A DNA stretch of 64,000 nucleotides. It comes from a virus. The notes beneath the pieces are model-generated. The model was given only the letters and a program-made list of their open reading frames with translations. It searched no databases and was not told the origin of the DNA. Location of the stretch: IMG/VR virus record IMGVR_UViG_3300045988_187870, one strand, 5' to 3'. This document shows, in pieces, positions 1 through 9,933 of the stretch (its first letter is position 1; every line of letters begins with the position of its first letter). The position numbers and the translations under genes were made by a program.

Positions 1-192
1 ATATGTTTATTGTATTTGGGTATCATGAAAAGCTATTTTCTTGGAACAATCCTACACACTTTATGCTGCGTGTGTGTGATAACTGCGTAGTGTATCGTGA
101 TTGGATGGTTTAATAAACTAGGCGTGTGCAGCCGTTTAGTAGTATGTCATAATAATCTTTAGAAGGAGGCTGTCCCACCCTCCTTCCAACAG

Positions 193-240
193 TAGGATCC
201 TTCAGATCCTTCAACGCTCTATAGTAATGCACAGATATGA
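193..240 (+). repeat. Copy A of a conserved ~45-bp element containing the GGATCcttcaGATCC palindrome; second copy at 1300-1350
   Basis: caacagtaggatccttcagatccttcaa...tagtaatgca versus caacagaaggatccttcagatccatcaa...tagtaatgca. Confidence 0.5.
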
Positions 241-272
241 CCAGCTACTGTCTATTGTGAAAGGAGTACTTT

Positions 273-1127
273 ATGTACAATTACAGCAATTTGGTACACA
301 CTGTTGTAGCTAGTGGTGAAAGATATGCCGCTAGAGTACACAAACAGACTATGCCATTTATGGTTCTGAGGCGTTTGGCAGCGGAGGATAATATGAACTC
401 CACATTTAAGAGTGCAAATATCTCTGCAGGTAGAGCTGTGGAGTACACTTTACGTGGTTTACGTGATACACTGACCGCTCGTAAGGAAGATAAGCCTAAG
501 CTTATGCGCATTTGGGACAGTGGATTCTTGGCTTTGACAGAGATCCTGCGCATTTATGGTGTGAAGATTGTAGAAGGTAGTCATTGTGCGGCAACGCTGT
601 ATAAGACGCTTAAGTCCATTGGTTATGACGTCTTAACAGAGAGCTTTTACAGGGCGAATAACTCAAAGCACATGACAGTTAGGATGTTTAGTCATGCTCT
701 TGCATACCCTGCAATGTATACATCTGCAAATATTTGTCAGCGTACAATAGCTCGTATGCAGCGGCTGCATACCAGATATGGTATCAATATTGAGATGAGT
801 GATTTTTCTGACGAGCAGCGTATTGATGTTGTTAATCTGACAAAGACGATTATTGACTGTGCAGAGGTATCCGGCTACTACTACACGTTTAGATACTTTG
901 CTGCTTTTGCTCCGAGATTTAAGCTCTCTGACCAGTTAGTGAAGAGCATCACGGACTGCCTTGACCACGAGAATTACAATAAGAATGTACTCTTACAGGT
1001 TTATTGGGAGCTCAGGAAGTTAAACGCACAGGGTGAGTTGCCTGAACAGCAGGGTATCATCTACTTATTTGACTTGTATGGTGGACCTTATTTCAACGCC
1101 GGGTACACTAATGTCTTCGGACGTTAA
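273..1127 (+). CDS. hypothetical protein (284 aa)
   Basis: ORF with the RBS gaaaggag 7 nt upstream of the ATG. Confidence 0.6.
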   Translation: MYNYSNLVHTVVASGERYAARVHKQTMPFMVLRRLAAEDNMNSTFKSANISAGRAVEYTLRGLRDTLTARKEDKPKLMRIWDSGFLALTEILRIYGVKIVEGSHCAATLYKTLKSIGYDVLTESFYRANNSKHMTVRMFSHALAYPAMYTSANICQRTIARMQRLHTRYGINIEMSDFSDEQRIDVVNLTKTIIDCAEVSGYYYTFRYFAAFAPRFKLSDQLVKSITDCLDHENYNKNVLLQVYWELRKLNAQGELPEQQGIIYLFDLYGGPYFNAGYTNVFGR

Positions 1128-1228
1128 GTCAGTATAAAGTGTACATTTAGCAGGTTGTAGATCAGGATAACAGAATGAATCTGACTGATTCATTAAGTAG
1201 TTACAGTAATGTGCCATGATGATAAGCA

Positions 1229-1300
1229 ACCTGCACAGCGCATGCAGCTGTGATATTGTAGGCTGATAGTATCTTTGGAGCTGCTGCATGCACTGTGCAG
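1229..1300 (+). other. long imperfect inverted repeat (arms ~22 bp: ctgcacagcgcatgcagctg / cagctgctgcatgcactgtgcag) in a 520-bp non-coding gap
   Basis: arms that are reverse complements of each other, read directly from the sequence. Confidence 0.4.
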
Positions 1301-1350
1301 CTCCAACAGAAGGATCCTTCAGATCCATCAAGTTGTTGTAGTAATGCATC
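1300..1350 (+). repeat. Copy B of the conserved ~45-bp element with the GGATC...GATCC palindrome
   Basis: about 85% identical to 193-240. Confidence 0.5.
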
Positions 1351-1576
1351 ATTTCAGAAGGCAGTATCAAATTATTTTATATTTGTGTGATAACAGATAC
1401 AGTTACTTAGGCTTCATGGCAGTAGTCATGAAGTTTTTATACGGACAGGGCTTTAGCAGCAGTTAAGGCTGAATGTAGGGAATGCCACAAGAGGTGGCAC
1501 AACGCTTGATGGTGGGTTTGAGGCATAACGAGATGACAATTTGCGCATGAGCAGAAAGTCATAACCAAATAGTATC

Positions 1577-1605
1577 TTGACACTAGGATTTAAGTGTGTT
1601 ATACT
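1577..1605 (+). promoter_or_regulatory. sigma-A type promoter: TTGACA, 17-nt spacer, TGtTATACT extended -10
   Basis: perfect -35 hexamer, 17-nt spacer, TGn plus TATACT, about 40 nt upstream of the RBS of ORF 1649. Confidence 0.6.
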
Positions 1606-1648
1606 ATTAGCAAAATAATGTTTCTTAGCTGAGATTGGAGAATAAAGC

Positions 1649-2125
1649 ATGCTTCACGTTTATTTCAATCCTAGGGACGATTATGACAGTGTCTTAACCG
1701 AGGATAACTATCGTATTCAGCCAACCTTTTGGTTTGATTATCAAGGAGGTGCTGATTATATTACTGGAGATGTTGAACGAGCAATTATTGCAGATATCGA
1801 TAAAGGTGAAGTTATCAATAGAAACATGATTGATTTCCCAGTTTTTGGGTGTATGTCTCCAGATAAGCTATCGGGTACTTCCAAAACACTTATTCTTGCC
1901 AACAATGAACCAGGCATATACGTAAATGGGGACTTTGTCGGTAATAATGGTTATAGGTGGATTCTATCTTTAGCAGAAGACAAGGATATCTATCTACATG
2001 CTACGTGTCTGATGCATTTCCAATGCGATTTTAAAGCTCATATTATTAATGATGATTCTTATATTTCCTCTTGGAAGGAGTTTTTAGATAAGGGGGTAGA
2101 TTTCTTATATGAAAGGAATTCGTAA
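1649..2125 (+). CDS. hypothetical protein (158 aa)
   Basis: RBS ggagaataaagc then ATG; overlaps the downstream ATPase gene. Confidence 0.6.
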   Translation: MLHVYFNPRDDYDSVLTEDNYRIQPTFWFDYQGGADYITGDVERAIIADIDKGEVINRNMIDFPVFGCMSPDKLSGTSKTLILANNEPGIYVNGDFVGNNGYRWILSLAEDKDIYLHATCLMHFQCDFKAHIINDDSYISSWKEFLDKGVDFLYERNS

Positions 2126-3083
2126 GTTTCAATTATCCTCAAAGAATATCTTGTTTGATATTGAGCTGCATAGAAATGTTACAGTAATTCGCGGTGACGG
2201 CGCAACATATAAGACAATGTTCTGTAATATGCTTAGAGCAGCCCATGTCAAGGGAAGCGGTGTTCATCTTCGCAGTTATCAAGCTGAAGTCCTCTGTTTA
2301 ACAGATCAGGAGTTTAATGCAGATAATTTAGTACAGTACAAAAATAAAGACGTCATTCTTGTATTTGACGAATCTTCTTCTTGTATACGTACAACAGCAT
2401 TTAGAGAAGCAATTGAATCCACAGGTTGCTACTTTATTCTAATCACTAGAAATAGATGTGACTGCTTTGGTATGAGCATGAAAGAGCTGTATGAGTTCAC
2501 ATATTCTGACTCAGTCGACTTAAGCAAGCGTGTGATTAGCATGAACCCACTTTACAAGAGTGATTGTTATGGAATATTAAGCAATCAGTCACAGGTGATT
2601 ACTGAAGATTCTAATGCAGGCAAGCAGTTCTTTAACAGGGCATATGGGCATGAACACGTTTACACCTCTCATGGCAAAAGTAATATTCCTGCAGCAATAA
2701 AAGAGTATTCAGATAGTATTGTAGTTGTGGATGGAGCAGCATTCGGTTTTGAAGTAGAAGATGTTCTCCCTCTGCTGTCAGCATACAATTGCTATTTAGT
2801 AGCAAAAGAGTCTTTTGAATATGTATTGTTGAAGTCTGGAATTTTGAAGAATCTTGTGACCATTAATATCGATGAGCCGGAGGTTGATTCAAAGAAATAT
2901 TTAACATGGGAACGTTTTTACACAGATTATATTCAAGAGATTACATCAGGAACTGTTTTTGAATATAATAAAGTACATTTAAATGAAGCCTACTACATTT
3001 CGCAAGACAACAAACAGAAAATTTTGGATGTTTACAAATTACCATATGCTTTATTTTCAGAAACCACTTCATATTTTGAATAA
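2109..3083 (+). CDS. P-loop NTPase-like protein (Walker A-like GDGATYKT, Walker B ILVFDE)
   Basis: motifs in the translated ORF; family not resolved. Confidence 0.45.
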   Translation: MKGIRKFQLSSKNILFDIELHRNVTVIRGDGATYKTMFCNMLRAAHVKGSGVHLRSYQAEVLCLTDQEFNADNLVQYKNKDVILVFDESSSCIRTTAFREAIESTGCYFILITRNRCDCFGMSMKELYEFTYSDSVDLSKRVISMNPLYKSDCYGILSNQSQVITEDSNAGKQFFNRAYGHEHVYTSHGKSNIPAAIKEYSDSIVVVDGAAFGFEVEDVLPLLSAYNCYLVAKESFEYVLLKSGILKNLVTINIDEPEVDSKKYLTWERFYTDYIQEITSGTVFEYNKVHLNEAYYISQDNKQKILDVYKLPYALFSETTSYFE

Positions 3084-3139
3084 CACATGTTATGACTGTA
3101 CGCTGTACAGTCATATTTCTTTAGTAGGAGGTAAATATA

Positions 3140-3321
3140 TGTCTACTTATGAGATCATCAGCTTTAACGGCAAAGTTATTTCTACAGGCATATGTAAAGA
3201 CATCAGGCACTATTATGATCCATTTACACATGTAGAAATGGTTGACTTTACAGATTCAGTAACGAATACAGTTATCACGATTTGTAAAGATTTTGTTACT
3301 ATCACACCTTTAGCAGCTTAA
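3140..3321 (+). CDS. small hypothetical protein (60 aa; internal ATG of track ORF 2983-3321)
   Basis: RBS taggaggtaaatat then ATG. Confidence 0.45.
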
Positions 3322-3338
3322 GGAGACGAATAAATATT

Positions 3339-4073
3339 ATGCGTATATGTAAAAAGGGAATTAATGACCTTAAAACTTGGTGCTCACAGCATGGAAATTT
3401 TGGTCAACAGCTAATGACCGAATGGACAGAAGATATTCCAATGGATAGCATAGCCAGAGGAAGTGGTAAAAAAGTCAAATGGAGATGTTCAAAAGGACAC
3501 GAGTGGTATGTAAGCATAAATGAAAGAACAGGGAAAAAGCGAAGTTGTCCTTATTGCTTTAGAGAAAACGCAAGTACATTGATGACAAAAGCAAGCCTTT
3601 CAGAAGAAAACAGTCTTAAAACCTGGTGTATGCAGAATGGCGCATTTGGTCAGCAGCTCATTAGTGAATGGACAGGCAAATTATATGACGGAACCAAAAC
3701 AAATTTAGATGAAGTAACAAGAGCAAGTGGCAAGAGAGTTAAGTGGAGATGTGACAAAGGGCATGAATGGTATGCTACAATATATAGTAGAACGAGACAA
3801 AAGTGTGGTTGTCCTTATTGTTCTGGACGGATGGCTTCAGAAGAAAACAGTTTAAAAACTTGGTGTATGCAAAATGGTGATTTTGGTAAGCAGCTTATGA
3901 GTGAATGGACAGGTGAGCTTGAAGATGGAGCTAAAACAAGTTTAGATGAGGTAGCAAAGGCAAGTCGTAAGAGGGTCAGGTGGAGATGTGACAAAGGGCA
4001 TGAATGGTATACAGCAATCTGGCAAAGAACAAGCCAGAAGACAGAGTGCCCTTATTGTTACAGAAAAAATTGA
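3339..4073 (+). CDS. protein of three tandem ~82-aa zinc-ribbon repeats (W..G.FGQQL..EWT...RV.WRC.KGHEWY...R...CPYC)
   Basis: three ~246-bp near-identical coding repeats; CxxC/CPYC pairs; RBS aaggagac. Confidence 0.7.
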   Translation: MRICKKGINDLKTWCSQHGNFGQQLMTEWTEDIPMDSIARGSGKKVKWRCSKGHEWYVSINERTGKKRSCPYCFRENASTLMTKASLSEENSLKTWCMQNGAFGQQLISEWTGKLYDGTKTNLDEVTRASGKRVKWRCDKGHEWYATIYSRTRQKCGCPYCSGRMASEENSLKTWCMQNGDFGKQLMSEWTGELEDGAKTSLDEVAKASRKRVRWRCDKGHEWYTAIWQRTSQKTECPYCYRKN

Positions 4074-4134
4074 AGCAAATAGGGAATCAGCACTCCTCAC
4101 GTCAACTGATTACTTTTAATTATAAGGAGATTTT

Positions 4135-5052
4135 ATGCTTTACGTATATGAGTACCTAGATTCTATAGTTCTGGTAAGAGAGATATGCAAGCATTGCACA
4201 GATTACATCGCATGTCCACCACGATTTTTTAATGATATGATTAGTCATATAGATTTTACTGATGAAACTATTCATGATATAATTTCACAAGTGGATTCTT
4301 CACTTATAAATCGTATTTATGCTGCAATTGATCATCAAGCGCTAGAAGATGTGTGCGCAATACTGTCAGATAGCTGTAAAACTGCAATTATAGCGCACCT
4401 CTATCAGGATTATTGTATATCGTTGGATTACGCATCATCTTTCTTAGTAGAAGAACTGATTCATAGTTGGGCTAAGCTTCGGGATGTAAGTATAGCAACA
4501 AGCAGACCACTTACGAATGTATATTGCAGTGCTCCAACATATTTTGTCCCAAGAGGAACATGCTATTCAATTGAGGAGATTAATAGATATATTGACGCTG
4601 ATTTGAAAGCAGAGCACAAGTCTTTACGGTGTCAGATGTCTACAGACGGTTTTTATTTAGATTTTGATCTTGCTGGACCTATACAGATAGTGCATGATAA
4701 ATATAGTTGTGCATCTAGACTTTATGAATTGGCACGAACACATACTAATAATATAATGGAAGGCACTGACCTATTATTGGGGGCTTATACACCAGGACAG
4801 TTTACAATGTTTCCACGAACTGCTAAGCATGTTTGGGTGGTTGACCCCTATGAAGAACTTATTGATAGCTCGGTAGTAGCACAGGAAATAATATCAGCTT
4901 CAATGAAGGGGCATTATTTTATCATACCAACATTGAAACCCATGCGCAGTTATTTTCAGGATGCTATTTATACAGATAGAGACCTAACTTTTGCAGAGCA
5001 TACTTTTAAGATACAGAAGCCCACGCCTACTACATCAACTAATTACTTTTGA
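4135..5052 (+). CDS. hypothetical protein, paralog A (paralog of 8466-9350)
   Basis: shared blocks ACPP..FN, LSDSCKT.I..YQ.Y.ISLDY and YF.I.TLKPM..YF with 8466-9350; RBS aaggagatttt. Confidence 0.65.
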   Translation: MLYVYEYLDSIVLVREICKHCTDYIACPPRFFNDMISHIDFTDETIHDIISQVDSSLINRIYAAIDHQALEDVCAILSDSCKTAIIAHLYQDYCISLDYASSFLVEELIHSWAKLRDVSIATSRPLTNVYCSAPTYFVPRGTCYSIEEINRYIDADLKAEHKSLRCQMSTDGFYLDFDLAGPIQIVHDKYSCASRLYELARTHTNNIMEGTDLLLGAYTPGQFTMFPRTAKHVWVVDPYEELIDSSVVAQEIISASMKGHYFIIPTLKPMRSYFQDAIYTDRDLTFAEHTFKIQKPTPTTSTNYF

Positions 5053-5067
5053 TTATAAGGATATTTC

Positions 5068-5127
5068 ATGTCAAAACATCTTTTAGCAGCTGAAAAAAAG
5101 TCTGAAGAAATATGCTGTTACAACTAA
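5068..5127 (+). pseudogene. 19-codon remnant (MSKHLLAAEKK...) of the 5-prime end of a 7357-type zinc-ribbon gene
   Basis: same MSKH start and same upstream context (ttgattataaggatatttcATG) as the 4135 and 7357 gene starts. Confidence 0.35.
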
Positions 5128-5168
5128 ACCTGCAGATGCTATGGCTAATCTGCACTCTGTGCTGATTC

Positions 5169-5405
5169 ATGAATATGAGAGTCGCTGTAAGTAACATGAA
5201 CAAACACATTCGAAATGTTTATAAATCCATATTCAACGAAAATTTCAACCCCGCTTTACCAGACAATCGTTTGAAAATGCAAAGTATGGTATATCTCCTT
5301 CAGGAGAGTGGAACATCATTAGGCGATTATGGTTTTCTATGGTACGAATGCGGCTTATATTGTCAGGCATTAACTGACGATATGCTTGAAGAAAACACAA
5401 AATAA
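5169..5405 (+). CDS. hypothetical small protein (78 aa)
   Basis: ORF only; weak RBS. Confidence 0.35.
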   Translation: MNMRVAVSNMNKHIRNVYKSIFNENFNPALPDNRLKMQSMVYLLQESGTSLGDYGFLWYECGLYCQALTDDMLEENTK

Positions 5406-5448
5406 AACAATAAATGTACGAAAAGGAAACAAATTCTGAGGGAACAAC

Positions 5449-5877
5449 ATGACATTAAACGAAATATTACAGAACATAACAATCCTCACAAACAACAGTG
5501 CGAGCCCCACCGGTTTTGCATGGGAATGCATTGTCTTATGCGGAATAGCATGCTGTATTATGATTGCATGGCTTATATGCGAGATCGTAAATTATGGACA
5601 TACTTCAGTCAAGATTTTTGCAGGCTTTATGGCAACGCTTTTTGCTGCTTGTATAATAGGCGGCATTTTATTGATTTGCAACGAAGACATGCATCTTGCT
5701 GGTACAGTAGTAAACCTATACGTCAGATTCAACGACGTCACAATCGAAGATATGTCACAGTATTTCAAAATAAGTAATATGACAGCGGCAAATGAAGGAA
5801 TATACGCTGATATAACGCCTATTGCTGAATATAGCATGGAAATTAAGCATGCATTGAACAGCATGGGTGTAATCTAA
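5449..5877 (+). CDS. predicted membrane protein (2-3 TM helices)
   Basis: hydrophobic segments; RBS gagggaacaac then ATG. Confidence 0.5.
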   Translation: MTLNEILQNITILTNNSASPTGFAWECIVLCGIACCIMIAWLICEIVNYGHTSVKIFAGFMATLFAACIIGGILLICNEDMHLAGTVVNLYVRFNDVTIEDMSQYFKISNMTAANEGIYADITPIAEYSMEIKHALNSMGVI

Positions 5878-6246
5878 AGATACACAAATCTCTGATAGAC
5901 ACAGTCTATGGTCTGTCTTCCACAGAACTTAATGCAATCTCCACCAGAAATAACAATCAGTTTTACAAGCATAGACAAAGTAAAACACATCATAAGCGAA
6001 GACATTATAGAAACTTCTATAAATATGCTGGTGTGTCATCACACCACGACAAACAGGATTACGAAGATTGTAATAAATATATCGTTCATTTTCGGCGACA
6101 AAATCGCAAACCTGATAACAATTTCGGCTATCATGATGAGCATTTTGTTGAAACAGAAAACAACTGGAAAGAAACATGAGTCAGAAAATAATATCTGTGG
6201 CACAAGCCACGCCACATCAACATTTCTGAAGAAAGGAAAGAACAAA

Positions 6247-7104
6247 ATGCTTAACATTGCCAAATCTGCAAAAATCATTCAGAAAGAACTTGATAAGCAA
6301 GCGCTTGAAAACGCAACGTCTGGCTGGATGGAAGAAAACATCACGCAGACTATATACAGTGGCGGCTGTGAAATCAAAATGCCAAAAACAGATGTCAACG
6401 ATTTCGATGCCTGTATTACATACATTTATGAAACGCTCAAACTTGCAAGAGAAAGAAATAAGCGTTTTTGCATCGACAAGCATGACATTGACAAGGAAAA
6501 CATTGCACAAACTATAACCGCTGTCATATCCGAATTTCAGCGCACGCAGGTAAATCCTGAAATCGATGCATACCGCTATTCCAGACTGGCTGCTGCAGCC
6601 GGCATTCGGGAAAACTATATCCCAAATAAAGCAACCATCACAGCCAGACTATTGAACCAGCTCAGCAAGGTTCGTAGTGAGATAAGTGATAAGGACGATA
6701 TTGTTATTGTCATGAGCCGTCATGCTTACGACAAGCTTATATATTCAGATAAAGTTTCGCAAAATATCGAAACATCTCAGTTCAGACAGGGCGAACTCGA
6801 TTTGTATGTAAAGTCCATTGATAATGTTTATATCATTCCTGTGCCGTCTACAAGAATGAAAACCGCATACACATTCAATGATAACGAGGGATTTGCTGCA
6901 ATCGAAAATGCCAAAGAAATCAACTGGATCATCTGTCCCAGAACAACCCCTATTGCAATATCCAAGACGGACAATATTGTAATCACAACACCCGAAACAA
7001 ATCAGTTTGACCCTGATTTATGGGACGTTGATTACAGCAAATATTATGACCTGTTCATACCCGACAACAAGAAAGCTACTATTGCTGTTTCCATTAGAGA
7101 ATAA
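6247..7104 (+). CDS. hypothetical protein (285 aa; the track ORF 5908-7104 is probably over-extended at its 5-prime end)
   Basis: internal ATG with RBS aaaggaaagaacaaa; the upstream 113 codons are low complexity and lack an RBS. Confidence 0.5.
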   Translation: MLNIAKSAKIIQKELDKQALENATSGWMEENITQTIYSGGCEIKMPKTDVNDFDACITYIYETLKLARERNKRFCIDKHDIDKENIAQTITAVISEFQRTQVNPEIDAYRYSRLAAAAGIRENYIPNKATITARLLNQLSKVRSEISDKDDIVIVMSRHAYDKLIYSDKVSQNIETSQFRQGELDLYVKSIDNVYIIPVPSTRMKTAYTFNDNEGFAAIENAKEINWIICPRTTPIAISKTDNIVITTPETNQFDPDLWDVDYSKYYDLFIPDNKKATIAVSIRE

Positions 7105-7356
7105 CACTTGAAAGAGGTGACAAAACCAACATGATGAATTTCATCATGCCAGACCCTAAAACGTAACCAAAAATAGTATTAAATGCCCCTTGATTCAGGA
7201 AATTGCTATCGATATGTGTAAATCAATGCTGGGCAATGATAATTTCGATACGCAGACATCTTACTGATGTCATGAAGAAAGGAGAATTGACATGACCAAA
7301 AACGAAATTAAGGCAGATTTATGCCTGGGAGCTACTGTTTATTAAAAGGAGTTTTT

Positions 7357-8451
7357 ATGTCAAAACATATATGGGGTTACTGGGACTGCCAGTGTGGGCA
7401 TACGCATATTCGAGGAGACGTCACAGAATGCCCAGGATGCGGTTCTCCGCGTTTAGCAGATACAAAATTTTATGTGGATACATCGGTCAAAGAGTATGTA
7501 GAGGATTCCCAGAAAAATTCAAACCCAAACTGGATTTGCAATTACTGTAATACTCAGAATGCTTCTGCAGACCAAGTATGCAAACAGTGTGGAGCATCAC
7601 GAGAAAAAGATTCTCAGACTTATTTTAATCATGGTGATAGCTCATCAAACAAAAGAATGGTGCAATCTTCAGTTATAGCGCAGTGCAATATGACTAACAA
7701 CGAACAGCCAGCATCTGATAAAGATACAATTTCAAGCAGAATCAGAGCTATTCCTCGACAGGCAAAGTTAGCAATCATATGGACAACCTTAGCAGTGACG
7801 CTAATAGCTTTGTTAGCTTGGCTGTTTATACCAGTCGAGCATCAAATGACAGTTGAAGGCTTTAGCTGGCAACGAAGCATAGCAGTTGAAGAATTAAGAA
7901 CATTTGATGAGTCTGGGTGGTCTCTTCCAACAAATGCTCGTTTGAATTATACTCGTCAGGAGTTTCATCATAATGAAGAAGTCCTAGATCATTATGCTAC
8001 TGAAACTCAGCAGGTTGAGCGTAAGCGCATAACGGGATATGATGAAAGAATTGTAGGATATAGAGATCTGGGAAATGGCCAGTTTGAAGAAGAAACAGTA
8101 AGAGAACCAATCTATGAAACATACTATGAAACAGAGACATATCAGGATCCAGTATACAGAATGGAACCAGTCTATATGACGAAGTACTATTACGAGATAG
8201 ACAGATGGACAAAGACACGCTCAGTAGACACAAGCGATTCAGGTAAAAGCCCGTACTGGGGCAAGATAGCTTTAGTAGACAAAGAGCGACGTGGAACATC
8301 ATCTGAAAGTTATTTCATAAATGGACATATTGAAGATGAATATAAACAATTTTCAATCAATTATGAAGACTGGTCAAGATTATTTGAAGGGGATATAATT
8401 TCGTTTACAACATTTAGATTTGGCAATGAGATTTTGAGCATGACAGCTTAA
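7357..8451 (+). CDS. double zinc-ribbon protein with a central TM helix (MSKHIWGYWDCQCGH...CPGCG...CNYC...CKQCG)
   Basis: four CxxC pairs; TM segment AIIWTTLAVTLIALLAWLFI; RBS aaaaggag. Confidence 0.6.
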   Translation: MSKHIWGYWDCQCGHTHIRGDVTECPGCGSPRLADTKFYVDTSVKEYVEDSQKNSNPNWICNYCNTQNASADQVCKQCGASREKDSQTYFNHGDSSSNKRMVQSSVIAQCNMTNNEQPASDKDTISSRIRAIPRQAKLAIIWTTLAVTLIALLAWLFIPVEHQMTVEGFSWQRSIAVEELRTFDESGWSLPTNARLNYTRQEFHHNEEVLDHYATETQQVERKRITGYDERIVGYRDLGNGQFEEETVREPIYETYYETETYQDPVYRMEPVYMTKYYYEIDRWTKTRSVDTSDSGKSPYWGKIALVDKERRGTSSESYFINGHIEDEYKQFSINYEDWSRLFEGDIISFTTFRFGNEILSMTA

Positions 8452-8465
8452 CAGGAGGAAGTATT

Positions 8466-9350
8466 ATGCTTTACATATGGGAAGATAATATAAATTTACG
8501 TGAAGTCGCAATTGAAAGTAATATGGAATATATAGCCTGTCCGCCAACCTGGTTTAACTCAGAGGCATTTCTGCAGATGAACTTAAACAAATTTAAGGAG
8601 ATTATTCAAAGAGTTGATAATAAGTCTTTAGCAGAGGTTAAAGATCCTATAGCAGACCTTTCAGATAGCTGTAAAACTGTTATCGTCGTATATCGGTATC
8701 CTAACTATATCATCTCCTTGGATTATATGGAATCTTCAGTTGGAGGTGCAATGATTGCAGAACTGTCCAGTATTAGAGATGTAAGAGTAGCTACAGGTCA
8801 TGCAATAGCAGGCTTGCCTTCTAACACACTTGCATACATAATGAATGATGCAGCTGCTCTTCATAAGGATATCAATCAGTGCATTGAAGAGGCATTTAAG
8901 CCTAAAGATAGATCGCTATATTGTAAATCATCTGCTGGAAGTTACAGAACAGAACTTGAGTTTGCAAAGAACATTCAGGTAGTCAGAGGTGACTCCAGAG
9001 AGATGAAGATGCTCTACGATTTTGTCAAGCGTGAAGGAGACATACCTTTAGCAGGAACAAATCTTATGCTAAGTAATTATGAATCTTATAAGTTTCGTAA
9101 TGACCACTATCGGTGCAATAATGTGTACATAACTAATCCATATGATACAGAGTTGGCAGATCCTGCTGTAGCAATGGAGATTATGACAGTGGCTATAACC
9201 GGAGGCTATTTCTTAATCTCAACACTGAAACCGATGCATAACTATTTCACTGAAATGATTGATACACAGGGCAAGCTACGTTTAGTAGGAGACACGTTTA
9301 AGCTTACAATACATAATGAAGCAAGTGAAACTAATCTGTTTGGGAAGTGA
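8466..9350 (+). CDS. hypothetical protein, paralog B (paralog of 4135-5052)
   Basis: same conserved blocks as 4135-5052; RBS caggaggaagtatt. Confidence 0.65.
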   Translation: MLYIWEDNINLREVAIESNMEYIACPPTWFNSEAFLQMNLNKFKEIIQRVDNKSLAEVKDPIADLSDSCKTVIVVYRYPNYIISLDYMESSVGGAMIAELSSIRDVRVATGHAIAGLPSNTLAYIMNDAAALHKDINQCIEEAFKPKDRSLYCKSSAGSYRTELEFAKNIQVVRGDSREMKMLYDFVKREGDIPLAGTNLMLSNYESYKFRNDHYRCNNVYITNPYDTELADPAVAMEIMTVAITGGYFLISTLKPMHNYFTEMIDTQGKLRLVGDTFKLTIHNEASETNLFGK

Positions 9351-9445
9351 GAGATTGAAGCATAACTTGGAAGCAGTTGGAATAATTATCGTATTTTCGG
9401 TTTCACTTTTTATTGTTTTATGTATAATTGGATAAGGAGATATCT

Positions 9446-9919
9446 ATGACGCATTGTTTAAAAACTAAACCGAAATATTTTAACGCAATCCTATCTGGTT
9501 TAAAGACATTTGAGCTAAGAAAGAGTGATCGAAATTATCACATTAACGATGAGCTTATCTTAGCAGAGTATGACACCACATTTACGGGTCGAAAAGTATC
9601 TGCAAGAATTTCATATATCTTAAATGTGGGTGATATTTGTCAGGAAGCTGCTAACTTTGTGATATTAGGTTTAAGCATGCATGATATATCAGAATTTCAA
9701 AATATCTTTGACTATGTTAAGAGCGCTGACTGGAATAACCATGTTTGCTTTGAGCAGTTACGCGCACTTTGGACAGCCTATTGTATACACAATCATTATG
9801 AGTGCGACACATATGCATATGATACAAAGCTGCGAGAATTGTACGAGGAGTATGCACAGCATGATGTTTCCTTAACAGTTGAGCAGTTTGATGAATATAT
9901 GTGTGAACATCTTGTTTAA
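9446..9919 (+). CDS. ASCH/DUF3850-like (PUA-fold) domain protein
   Basis: N-terminus KTKPKYFNAILSGLKTFELRKSDRNY...DELIL.EY matches the DUF3850 pattern; RBS aaggagatatct. Confidence 0.55.
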   Translation: MTHCLKTKPKYFNAILSGLKTFELRKSDRNYHINDELILAEYDTTFTGRKVSARISYILNVGDICQEAANFVILGLSMHDISEFQNIFDYVKSADWNNHVCFEQLRALWTAYCIHNHYECDTYAYDTKLRELYEEYAQHDVSLTVEQFDEYMCEHLV

Positions 9920-9933
9920 TTAGGAGGTACTTA

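Noticed and set aside
5908-6246. The N-terminal 113 codons of track ORF 5908-7104, and the minus-strand ORFs 5929-6510, as genes
   Set aside because: They are low-complexity Ile/Thr-rich translations with no RBS, and they lie in an intergenic-looking stretch. An internal ATG at 6247 with a good RBS is the likelier start. All minus-strand ORFs in the track overlap RBS-supported + strand genes and lack SD sequences.
6247-7104. A phage major capsid protein
   Set aside because: The size (~285 aa) and position made it a candidate, but no diagnostic motif could be identified by eye. It is left as hypothetical.
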